Assembly (NCBI GenBank): GCA_002633005.1
Contig: NMRA01000198.1
Location: forward strand, 8,045 to 72,044
From: Phoronis australis
Lineage: Eukaryota > Animalia > Phoronida
Direction: 5' to 3'
DNA length: 64,000 nt
The first letter of the stretch is position 1. The number at the start of each line of letters is the position of its first letter. Made by a program: the position numbers and the translations under genes. The notes under the pieces are model-generated. The model was not told the origin of the DNA. It saw only the letters and a program-made list of their open reading frames with translations, and did no database searches. Positions 49,501 to 61,750 of the stretch are shown here, one piece after another.

Positions 49501-52500
49501 TTCCTCAGGTCATGCTTCATATTCAAGACATACAAGACCTTTAGGACATTACCATCACACACTTCACATACAATACATACAAGACCCTTAGGACATTACC
49601 ATCAAATGCTTCATACACAAAACATACCAGATCCTTAAGACTTTACCATCACATGCTTCATATACAAGACATACCAGATCGTTAGGATATAACCATCACA
49701 CACTTCAGACATTCCAGATCCTTAGAACATTAAAATCACATGCTTCATATACAAGACAGTCATACAATGTACCACAAACTATACATTGAATTTCACTCTT
49801 CATGTCCTGGATCATCACTAAACTATGTATTGTTTGAAAGTAAAAAAACCTGCAAAACTTGATTTTACCTTTTTCACCACTCTGCCATTAATTAGGTCAC
49901 ATGACCATGTCTTTTCAATGAAACTTAGACAAAGGTACATCGATAACAAAACAATGACGTTGGAATTAATTTTGTTTGATATAATAATATTAAATGTTCA
50001 AGATGGAATCTCAAAAATGTTGTTACAGTTTTCTAAACTATCACAGACTGTTTTTGTCTGATGTAGCTTTTTATTTTTTTTCACAAACACCATAAATTAA
50101 AAGTTATTTTTGATAGCCTCTCATGTAAAAATGGAACAATTCCTAACAGCATACTGCATACAGTACATAAAGTATCGCAACATTTCATGTCAATCTGACC
50201 AACCATGCCTGAGATATGATGTTCCAAAGTTAGCCAAGCTTATCTAGGATGATCCTACAAATATTCCACAGCTCCTCAGATCAATACTGTCACCGGCTCC
50301 ACCTATATTCCAGAGCCATCAAGACTGCACAAGTCAGTAACATCACATGACACAGACACATGATACACCAGAATCCTTAGCACTATACAGATCCCAGTAT
50401 GTATAAATCCTCACTGCCCAAGCCAGCAATGTTACAACTAAAGACGTAGGCAAAAGATATACCTGAATCCTTAGCACTATACAGATCCCAGTATGTATAA
50501 ATCCTCACTGCCCAAGCCAGCAATGTTACAACTAAAGACAGAGGCACAAGATAGACCTGAATCTTCAACACATTGCAGATTCTGTGTAAATGCTCACTGC
50601 CCAAGACAGTAACATCACATGGTACAAACACAAGATATACCTGAATCCTCAACACTATACAGATCCTCTGTAGCTCTTCAGTCCCTAGGTCATTACCACA
50701 TGCCTTAATCTGGTCAACATATGCTGGTTCTTGACTCTTGTATTTCTCCACCTTTGCCTCACCAGTTTGGACATTGATGTAACTATATGTTGGACAGAAC
50801 AGGCTCAATTACTTCAGACATAGCAGTCAAAAGGCTGTGTGCAACAATATTCATTAGATGAAGGCTGAATTCATGACATACAAAAGGTTTTGGTACCAAA
50901 ATTGACTATCTAACAGGTTTGGTAAGGATTGAAAATAAAAAGTCTTGACTTTTTAAAATATGATTTTATGCAAAATGCCCAAATTACTGCATTTCAGTTT
51001 GGATCTTCATCCAATGCCGTACAGCTTACGCCATTTTTTCTTCTTTCATTTTATACATTGTTGATGTTCTAATTTAGAAACATTTGTCTTTTAACACATT
51101 CAGGAGTAGCATTTTCATTGAAAAAGGTATCATCCATGGACAAGCAACAGCAGTTGTGGCTGTGGACAACATCTGTGGACAGTAACTACGTGACAAGTAC
51201 CAAGAGCAGAGCAGTGTATCCTTCATGACTGGGGATATTTGCTATCTCCAACAGGAAGTTAAATTAGGTCACATGACCGGATACACCGGTGGCTGTGGAC
51301 GCTATCTGAGGTCAGCAACACGGTTCAAATGCTAAGTAATGACTTGTTATTATCTCATCACGGATTAACTTTTCTTAATAAGTAAAAGACACTGTTTTAC
51401 TGAGCGGGTATTTCTAGGCCATGGCCAATCTTTCTGCCATTCCTGGCAATGCTGCTTGAAACAGTTCCACCTTTGGTTAAAAGGAGGCAACACTGACACT
51501 GGACAATTTGTGACAGGAATCTTATTTATAATAAGACTGACATTGATAAGCAAACTGTACCTGTAGTATGGGTCACCCTGAGTTAAGTAGGTGCCCACTG
51601 CTGGTAACCCATCTGGCCCAAGTCTACCCTCACAACGCTTATCCCCTGCCTTACACCCAAACATCAGCGCTATCCGACTTCGCTCCCGACTGATGTTATG
51701 AAGATCAATGAACTACAATCATATTAAAGCAACTTGACCTACATTACGTCAAAATGACACGATTTAGACCGCTTACAGCAGCTATGAAACTGGTGTCACG
51801 GCAGCCATTACTAAAACTAGAGAGCAGAAAGACTTCCAAGTTGACAGTTCATTATAGGTGGAGACCAGACTCAACATGTCAGCTTGTCATGGCAGTCTTG
51901 ATCAATTATGAACTAAATGTCAGTTCATTCCAAGCCCAGACACCAACAGTTTTATAGATGAAGGAAATGGTCTAAATCAAGTAAGTTTGTTTGACACAAT
52001 GTAGTTTTACTAACAGCAGATTCAAACAACAGCAAAGGCTTAAAACATGTCTACACTGGCGTATGACATAGCATTAACACATGTCCACACTGGTGTGTCA
52101 AATAGACGAAGTGTTAACTCGTGTCTACACTATAGCGTTAACATGTGTCTACACGGGTGTATGACATAGCATTAACTCATGTCTACACTGGTGTAGCACA
52201 TGACATTAACACGTGTCCACACTGGTGTATCATATAGTGTTAACTGACTGTCTACAGCTTTAACATATGTCTACCCTGGTGTATCTCATAGCATAAACAC
52301 GTGACTGTCTACCCTCATGGTGTATCACATTTGACACATGTCACATCATAGCAAGATTCTTCATGTTGTCAATACATTCACCTGGTGGCCAGTCGGGACA
52401 CATAAAGGCTGTGACAGACACAGCACACATGACTGGAGTTACTGGAAATTTCCCCTCTTCCAAAGGTATGCCCAGGGGATTACTACCAGAGATAAAATTC

Positions 52501-55500
52501 CAGGTAAGGTAGGTCTCATTATGCTCTCTTATTTCAATGAATTGTTCTTGCTTGACACAAAGTCAGCTCAGTGATCATGCGCTTCAGGACAGTCAACAGA
52601 CTGTTATGAGTCAACATACAACTGAAAAATGACCTCGTCCGCACTTCGTCAATGGCCAAAAGTTCTCATAAACTTGAAAGCTCATGTCACGGCAAGAAAA
52701 CACAACAAGTCGGGTGATTTCATATACGGCAGTGCTGACATGTTCAGATACATTGTGTGATCATGGTTTATACCTTGTAAACATCAGGTGACATGACAGA
52801 AAACTAGGTGACAAGTCAACAATATGACATGAAACAACACTAACCCTTGCCATGTGTGTCCAATGCATCATCATGGTAAAATGAAAGCTTGAAACCAAGC
52901 CTCAAAATGCTTCTAATAAATACATGGATCAGCAAGTCTTGTGCGGAAGATGCTTGAGCTATGTGTCATCCGAACACACTGAAGTTAAACCTTACAAACC
53001 AAAATGCAATCGATGAAACAGGTTACACCTCATCAAGTTAGTTGTGTTGTCACCTGATGATTACGACTTGACAACCGTCCCATAATGCATTAATTTGAAA
53101 AACGACAACAACACCGTAGAAAGAATCTTCCAAATTGAATGAATGAACTTATTACTAGTTCAGTAAACTATTCTTGTCCGGAAGTGACTTGTCAGCTCAT
53201 TCAATAGAGGCATGCACATGAGTTGGGAGCTTTCAGTCTGAGCAGGTCTTTAATGCTCACTTGAAGCCACATGCCTCTTACATAACACAGCAGCCAGGTT
53301 TACACCATTGTATTGGCTGAATTTGATAAACATGTATTCAAAGTTAAAAAAATATTATCAAACCACAATCCGTTGCTGGCAACTCTCAGATAGAAACTTG
53401 TCAATAGATTATATCACAGACGTAAACATTGGCTGCTTAAGCAAGTTTTTTTGTCTAGTCTCACCTCAGTCTTGTACACAGAGCCATGTGCAAACCCTCG
53501 TTCATAGGAGCCTTTGTTAAGGATCATAGCGTCCTCCATGTCGTAACCCTGTAACATTATATAACACACAATTAGCTTACATTGTACGAAACACAGGCTA
53601 GCTTGTATTAAAAGACACAAACTAGCTTGCATTACAAGACACAAAATAGCTAACATTATACAAGACACGAACAAGCTTGCAATATACAAGACACAGGCTA
53701 GCTTGCATTATACCAGACACAGACTAGCTCGCAGTATATGAAATACAAGCTAGCTTGCACAATATAAGACACAGACTAGCTTGTATAATTAAATTATACA
53801 CCTTCTCACAGTCAGGACAACTTGATGAAAAGCACAATGATCACTTGAGACAGCCACGGACACAAGAGTCAGGGCGTGTGTTATTAACTAGTTGGCAGTA
53901 TCCAATCCCTAAAGCACTATTACCATATGCCATGCCTAAAGCACCATGCCATCCGTAAAGCACCATGCCATCCCTAAAGCATCATCACTATATGCCATCC
54001 CTAAAGCACCATTACCACATGCCAGACCTGTGACAAGGACATGCAAGCAAAAGGAATGCCAGTAATTTCTACTCTGAGGAACTACAATCTAATCAGCTGT
54101 CAAAGGGCGATGGACTTACTAAAAATGAAAAGTAAAAGGAACTAACAATTCAAAGCCTAGAGCGAAGATAGAAGTTCATTGATGCAAGAATCTTGCTGCA
54201 ACACAAGAATCTTGCTGCAGAAGCTAGCGTCATCACATGCTCCACTTTCAACACAAGACGATGTCTTCCAAAGTCTTAATGTCAAACTGCATTTTCGCGA
54301 AATTCTCATGTCCACAGAATGTACATCAGTCTATACACGGCAACCCACAGATCATCATTGAGGTTATCTTAATCAATTGACGGAACTTTCATGCCAGTCA
54401 GTACAATCACAAGTGATCACAACTCACTGTATAAGATATGACTGCAACCACAGCATTAGTGCCCAGGGGGTAGTTGTCCATATTGTAATGATCATGCATG
54501 TATGGTCGTACTATGGGTGACTGTGGAGTCTGGATCCTGTACAGTTTGTTATCTGACCGGTGCTGGAACGCATGCAGGGGCGTGCCCATCGTCTGTTTAC
54601 CCATCTGTAACATTAAAATAAGTGTGTTTACAAAGAGTTCCAGCAACAATTATTATAATAAATATCAGCCACATGGACACTAAGGAGCAAACCATTGGTG
54701 ACATTTTACACCAATCACATGACAATCATTTGAGTAATTAAAGTAAAATAATATTGTCAAACAAAATACTAAAGTATGACTGAGCTTGTACACAAAAGAT
54801 CTTGCTTGAAAGACACAGTCTGGTGAATTTAGAAAATGAATGAAAAATTATAACAATTTGTTTTTTGTTCATTATTTTGTAAGCCAGGGTATGTATTGAG
54901 AATGGAGGAAGGACTAAATAAAGGTAATTGTCAACCATCGTGAAGTCTTTCCCCTTTCATCAATAACTCTTTAACTGCCATAAAAGTATCGTAACAGTCT
55001 GTGAATCCTCAATGACTGGAAAATTTGTGCTTTTAATGTTTTTATAACATTCCACTGATAATCATGTGACCACCATTTTTAGTGAAAATTGTAATTTTTT
55101 GTTTTGAGCATGAATTTCTAAAAAAAACTGAAATGCGTTTTGAAATGTGACAGTAAATAATGGTCACAAGTTAGTCTTCTTTTTTGAGTCAGATATCTGC
55201 GTAACTCCGAACAAATAAGAAATCTGGGATTCGGTTTCCTCAATGATACACAACAAAAAAAGTGACCGAGTTTGTACAAATTCATCCAAATCAACCAACG
55301 CTATAAAAAGGAATCTATGTTGAAATTTGCAAAAGGCATCGAAAAAAAATTTGCAAAAAGCCTGGAAGTCAGCGATAAAACACAGATGGCGTTGTAATAT
55401 ATCATCACAACTATCATTTCTGCATTCAGTTTCATTGAGAAAGCATCAATTGAAAACCTGTAAATACTGTGTAATGCACTCAGGTGAATACAGAACTAAG

Positions 55501-58500
55501 ATGTTGATTTTTTTCCCTGGAAATAGTCTGACATAACATGGCCACATTTTGACAACAAGATGCCCATTATTCAGTGGAGAAAGCTAGTTCTCAAAATGCG
55601 TGCACTTTATATCTGACTACCACCCTTATCCATTCACTGTGTGTTGTTTCAAGTAACAGTAAATGCATGCCATAGAAACATTTAATTAACACAGTGACTG
55701 CAAATGTATAACCCAAGACAACCATGGATTGTGTTTGTACTACAACACTATCGTTTAAAGCAGCTACAGTCCCTTCCATGTCACGACGGCATTAACAAAC
55801 ACTTTGATATCTGTAAACACAATACTGTATAGTCTCACAAATCTAGAGATGCCAAAGACAGACTAAGCTGAGAGATTAGCGAAAAGCACAGAACATTTCA
55901 TATTACCTGACACTGATACATATTACGGGGACTCTGGTTACAGTCAGAGTAGGGTGTCAGACTGGCTATAGCACTCAGCATGGTGTATTCATTCAGTTCC
56001 TGGTGTGTAGTCAACTGTAAAAACAGGTAGGTGTATTGTATTTCTTCATTACATGATACAATAAACTGTGAAAATACAATGCTAAACCACTAAATGCAAA
56101 CAAATGCCTTGGAATAGTTGACTTTACTGTCTTTACCACCAAACGGATTAATTGCTGCGTAAAAATATTACTAGGCACAAACTTGAACTAATTGTTTCAA
56201 TAACAAAACATTTCAAGCGTAGACATACCCCCTCATGGAATTCGTCGGCCGTGATGCAGATATCCAAATAAGCTTGTTCAAATGTGCCGATCATCTCTAT
56301 GGCATTGTAGCGTAGGTTTTTCACCGGCCTCATCATACGGGCCAGCCCAGTGAACAGGTATATACCAGCATACTGACTGGCGTACTTAGTGTGGGGAACA
56401 AAGATGATCTCCATCATGGGGGGTACGCGTTCTAGTCCGCGCACCTTCATCGTGCGCAAGCGGCCGACAAATGTACGAGCATCAGAGTCACACACATAAC
56501 CAAGCAGGCATCCATCCAACAGAACCACATAACAGTCACGTACAGGGCCAGGTGGTGGCACTGTGTACGGTGACATCCCAAGTGAGGCTAACAGACGTGG
56601 CAGGTGAGTATTGGGAGACTCATAGTTCACAGCCTATAATACACAACATAAGAATCTAAACAGTAAATAAAAACAGTGTAAAATCTCACTAACTTCGCAC
56701 AAAAATAATTGCCAAAGTTTCTCATTGTACAGTGTCCTTAAACATCGCTGTAAATGGCTACTCCAAACAGTTTAGTCAAAATATTATGTGTTGGAGACTA
56801 TTATGGTACAGATCATGAACATGATGGAGTACAATGAATGGGAAAACAAAATTTCACTTGTCTGCCATCCTGTGTCCTAATTTGATGAGATATTAACATG
56901 CTGAGTAATAATCCATAATACTCCTAATGTCAATTATTTCCCATAGGAGATAATGATTTGATGGGAGAACATGATGGACATTCAGCCATGTTCTGTAGAA
57001 GACGCTCCTAGGTGGATTAGATCCACTGCACTGCACTGGGATGACCAAACTCAATTACAATTAATTATAAGACAGTTCATATTTTCATACTTCTTCAGTG
57101 AGTTTGGTGCATTATTGCTGTCTAGGATGATAAACATAATATTGCACATAAATAAACATAATATTACACAAATTTGGCAGCTATTCCCCACGTCTAAATC
57201 ACTTGTAGCAATTGGCGGGATTATCTCCAACATCACACTCGAGGTCTAGATACAGGAAATAACAGCCTCCCATGCACAGTCAGCAGTAATAATACAGAGC
57301 AGCATGATACTTAAATCCCATCACAAACCTTGATAAAGTGAGCCATGATAACATTTTCAATTTGAATGCACTTGGTACCAACTCACCTCACACAATGCAC
57401 TGAGATGGTTCAACAGACCACAAGGAGCTCCATCTGGTGTGTGCACTGGACATAGGAACCCTACATAAGAATAACAGCAAATCACCTGATGTGAAATTCA
57501 GATTAGACTATGTTTAACTTAATAGATGTAGGTAGATAAACGTTGCAATGGAAGCAGATTTGGGACATCCCGAGGGCACCAACTTTCAACGTCAAGGGAC
57601 AAGACACTACAAATCCTTTATTATACAGGGTGAGACGGAAAAAATGACAGCTACAACTTGACACGTTGCGACTGAAATTTTATCTATCACGTATTCAGTG
57701 CCAAGTGAACAAACTCGTATCAACCGATAATGTCGTGAAAACAGGGCAAAGACATTAAGGATTTTACTCATCACATGACATAGTTGCAAAGAACATTATT
57801 AAGCTTAATGTAATCATTTGTATTGAATTGAAAAATTCAGTATTTTAACAATCTTGACGTTAACACCCAGCTTAAAAACTGAGTTAAAGATCAGATATTC
57901 CTTCATTCAACATTCAGTGGTGACTTAAGCTGATATATGTACAATAATTTAGCATAATAGATTCATGACACTTGACAGGCATGATGACTATCTTGTGTTT
58001 TACATTCATCACAATATGGCTACTTGGTCCAGGCTAACAAGCAGTGACAACTTACCCCAGGCCTCCGGCAGCAATCGTCGCACTGTGGTGGTACGCATCT
58101 CTGCAAAGAACGCCCCACGGTGGACGCAGCGAAAATGTGACAGGTAACGCATGAAATTTAGTTTGTCAGCCACGACTGTGAGACCAGAAGCCTAAAAGTA
58201 TTGGTGTGGGTGACTCGTTTACCAAATATTAACAAGCAATATACACAAAAGAAAAATGGCCACAGATAGCTACAAAAATCCGCAGTTCTAAAGAATATGT
58301 ATCCTTTATTGTAAAAGAATAAGATACAATAAACAGAAAAGTGAAATCATAGACTGGCAGTCCAACACAATCACAAACTGGCAGTCCAACACAATCAGAG
58401 ACTGGCAGTCTAACACAATGAGAGACTGGCAGTCTAACACAATGAGAGACTGGCAGTCTAACACTATCATAGACTGGCAGTCCAACGCAATCAGAGACTG

Positions 58501-59092
58501 GCAGACTAACACAATCAGAGACTGGCAGTCTAACACAATGAGAGACTGGCAGTCTAATGCAATCAGAGACTGCCAGGGTGAAAGGAGGTTCAGCCACATC
58601 AATACTGCAACTTTATAAAACATTAATCATTGGTGACTTTTAGACTGTTGGGTTTCCAGACCTCAAAATTTTAATAACAATTCCAGTCATGTTTCACTCA
58701 TTTAGTAGAATTCAATCGGCATAACCAGCATCAGTGAATCATTAAAAATACGTTAACTTGAACAAAACTGCATTTTATATCAGACAACACGATGACAATT
58801 GTTCGAAGCTTACTCATCAAAAATACTTCGCGTCCCTTCGCTGAAATTTCTTTTCACTACATCCACCTCTCAGCACCATTTCAAAAGAAATCAGCAATTA
58901 TGTATTTTAAGCAAAACCTAAGAAGATGTCACTGAACAAGCAAGCGACCACCCCCGGCCTTTTTGAGTCCACATTACTTCACCTGCATTAATCCCAGCCC
59001 TGTCTTGGATACCAGATTGCCTGTAGCCATGAGGTACTCCATGGGCCTTGTGATATCTGCTGGACCCTTTCCACATGCCTCAGACAGAGCAC
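43523..59092 (-). CDS. POLR1B: DNA-directed RNA polymerase I subunit RPA2; 3' portion, 5' exons outside window
   Basis: 14 in-phase exons: 59092-58983, 58191-58056, 57460-57387, 56633-56229, 56014-55907, 54604-54428, 53548-53465, 51712-51561, 50782-50641, 49433-49277, 48707-48582, 46664-46537, 45203-45039, 43741-43523 (TGA). Motifs [137 protein letters not shown], and a C-terminal zinc ribbon. Confidence 0.97.
46906..48530 (+). mobile_element. Helentron-associated non-autonomous element (HINE / pearl- or DINE-1-like) in POLR1B intron
   Basis: 5' AACAAGAG; subterminal IR TGTGCCCAC...GTGGGCGCA; ~4 internal tandem units of ~350-430 bp (aaaatggccactaggtggcgc); GGAC microsatellite; 3' hairpin at 48501-48527; A-rich ends. 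Confidence 0.75.
49505..49760. repeat. ~44-bp minisatellite, ~6 copies
   Basis: Unit accatcacatgcttcatatacaagacataccagatccttaggacatt. Confidence 0.9.
50370..50720 (-). repeat. ~84-94-bp tandem repeat derived from a POLR1B exon end plus donor
   Basis: (ct)gaatc at 50641, 50557, 50463 and 50371; copies mirror the exon's [16 protein letters not shown]|gtatatc segment. Confidence 0.9.
52042..52340. repeat. ~34-bp degenerate minisatellite
   Basis: Unit catgtctacactggtgtatgacatagcattaaca. Confidence 0.85.
53562..53790. repeat. ~25-bp minisatellite abutting a POLR1B acceptor
   Basis: Unit acacag(g/a)ctagcttgcattacaag, ~9 copies, ending ~12 nt from the AG at 53550-53549. Confidence 0.9.
53905..54025. 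repeat. Short tandem repeat
   Basis: Unit cctaaagcaccat(tacca)tgccat. Confidence 0.8.
58345..58575. repeat. 24-bp minisatellite, ~9-10 copies
   Basis: Unit aatcagagactggcagtctaacac; explains the repetitive ORFs at 58229-58623. Confidence 0.95.
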
Positions 59093-60592
59093 CTGCAACA
59101 ACAAGACACAAATTTTATGTTTGACATATGCTGGGTGCTGATAAGGTTATATCACTATTACCTTGAGACAGGAAGTTTTCTACAACACTAAGTACTGAAT
59201 GTTTTGATTTAAAATCTGTAAAAGTCACAAAAATCATGAAATAAGGCAAGTTAATTCTTCATGTTTCCTACAGTTCTATACTGCAATTACTAAGGAGTTC
59301 ATAATATGTGTGTTACTTTTGGCACAATAAACTGTTTCCTCTTATTTCTTATTTTATCTCACTTTAATGTAATCCTCAGTATGCATCACTTAACTGATAG
59401 TAAATGTGGATTTATTATAGGTTAAAAATTTTAGAATTGTCCGAAACATCGTTAATAGACCTTTTGATGAATGTGATAAATACTGGAACTCAAAAGTGTG
59501 AAACTATTTCCAGTGCTTTGTAGTCAGGGCCTTATTGAATAATAGTCACAGATATATCCATCCTTCAACACAATCTCATCAACACACCCGTCTGTACTAT
59601 AGAGTCAACAACACACTTTCTTAAAGTTCACATGTACCAGTTTTATATTGTCCACAACACACACTCTACAGCGTCCACAATGCCTAGCATTATAGAATCA
59701 ACGAAACACTTTCTACAGTGCCCACAATCCCAATTGCTACAATGTCTACTAGATATCTTTTGTACCACATAGTATACAACACATTTCCCTTTACTGGGCT
59801 GTCACCAGATAGAATGATGTTTACCTTCCTTGAAGGAAATTTTCAACATTCTCAGGTATTTACCCACAATGCAACACATCTAGCACTTGTCCTGTTTCTT
59901 CCCATCTCACATCCTCCTTAGTTATTATGTAATTTGATCATTATTGCAATGCCAGCAAGCTGAGTTATTGCATTTGGTGTTGCAAAAATGATTCAAGAAA
60001 CAGGCAAAAGAGGAAATACGAGACAGTATAAGATGTGTTTCTCTTGTCGATCGACAAAGGAGTGTTTGATACTTTGAAAAGTAGGTTAGTCATGAAATGC
60101 AGTTTTCTACCTCAGCGAACATGATAATTTATGAAAGACATAAGACATTTCTTTATTTGTTAATATATGAAATTGGCAAATAAACACCAAAAACATGAAA
60201 TAAATTCAGATATCACGAGTCTACGATTAGGTTCCATTTTGCCAATAGCGATGGCGGTTTGAAACCAAATCCTCTATTTTGGATACGGAAACAGCACTAT
60301 TTTTCTGTTGTAATGTACAAAAGTGTTTGACACATATTTTGTGAAATTTAGTAAATTAGTAGATCAAGTTTCACTTTTGGAGGTAAGGAGAAAATATCCC
60401 TTAAACTTTACAGTAAATGTCATCACAGAAATCTAAAATTAAGTATCATATCAAGGTATAACCATTGTGAGAATTTTCCGCAAAACTTATTTAATTTGTG
60501 AAACAACAGCGCTATAGTATCTTATATGATTAGGGAAACAACAAGATAAACCACGGGCCAAGAGAAAGGCAGGTGTTTCAGTTGGGCTAAAA

Positions 60593-61750
60593 ATGGCTAG
60601 AGCTCGGTTGTTAGTTGTGGGACTGTGTATTCTGATCCAAGGAACACTTCAAGAAACAAACACAACAACAACGTGTGATAATGAAGTCAAAACTATACTT
60701 CAAGCTTTTCTGTTGTCTCAGACCAGGTTTGAGAGAAGCGTCCAAGTACAACTGAGTGCTTTGAAAGCAGATTTGGACCAACTCAAAGCTGGTGTAGAAA
60801 AAATGAGTCAACATCAGAGTCGAGCCTCCTTGATATGTCCGAGTGGCTATGAAAAGTTCAACTCATCGTGCTATAAAGTGGTAAGCGCTTCGGTCACATG
60901 GTGGACGGCCATGAAGCAGTGTCACGAGGGAGGTGGTCATCTGGTCAGTGTGGAGTCTGCTGAAGAAAACCAATTTCTGCAAGAGGTTATAACACACACA
61001 ACAAAGAACCACGGCACATTCCGCAATGACTACTTCTGGACAGGCGGACATGATCAGAATGTGGAGAACGTCTGGAGATGGGAGTCGACAGGTGAACGCA
61101 TCAGTGTAGGCTATACTTACACAAACTGGCAGCCAGGTGAGAGCAACAGTTTTTGAAATACAAAGCTTATTATTATTATAAATAAGAACTGCATTACCAG
61201 AGTATTATAAGGCAAAGGTTAGTGACAGGCTTCCATATCATCAGTGTGTTTATATACAAAGCTCGGCACAGTAGTAACAAGTTATCATCAGTGGGTTAGA
61301 AAAAAGTCCTTAAAGACAGTAACTGGTTATAACATCATCAATTCACTAATACACGGTTGGAGATCTTAGAAACTGTGCACTACAATAAGAATGAATTATA
61401 AGACAGAAACGAACCCAGTAGAATTGAACTGGCTATATCCCTCATCAGTGTGTGTCATACGGCAATGACATCAAGGTAACTAGAACTGGAGAACTTTACA
61501 AACCAACGTAATGTCATATGTCACCATCAGTCAGGACACAATACAAGACAAAGCTTGACATATCCAAGTAACTTGTTATAACGCCACCAGGAAACATATG
61601 CAATTTATGATAACAGCTTTTTGGTAACTTGCAGGTGAACCAAACAATTTGGGAGGAGAAGATTGTCTGCAACTTCACATTGGCAACAGTCAGTGGAATG
61701 ATGAACGGTGTGACAACAAGCACAACTTCATTTGTGAAATTAATTTGTAA
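60593..61750 (+). CDS. Secreted C-type lectin (perlucin/collectin-like: signal peptide, coiled-coil neck, CTLD), 219 aa
   Basis: Exon 1 60593-61136 (MARARLLVVGLCILIQG...CPSGYEKFNSSCYK..TWWTAMKQC..GGHLVSVESAEENQFL..FWTGGHD..WRWE..YTNWQP) and exon 2 61635-61750 (GEPNNLGGEDCLQL...WNDERCDNKHNFICEINL*); phase-1 GT-AG intron; EPN and WND motifs. Confidence 0.95.

Noticed and set aside
58229-58623. Repetitive Cys/Val/Leu ORFs on both strands
   Set aside because: Translations of a 24-bp intronic minisatellite.
59825-59879. Possible upstream POLR1B exon (MCCIVGKYLRMLKISFKE with GTAAAC donor)
   Set aside because: Phase fits, but the peptide is too short, does not resemble the expected RPA2 segment, and the acceptor lacks a pyrimidine tract.
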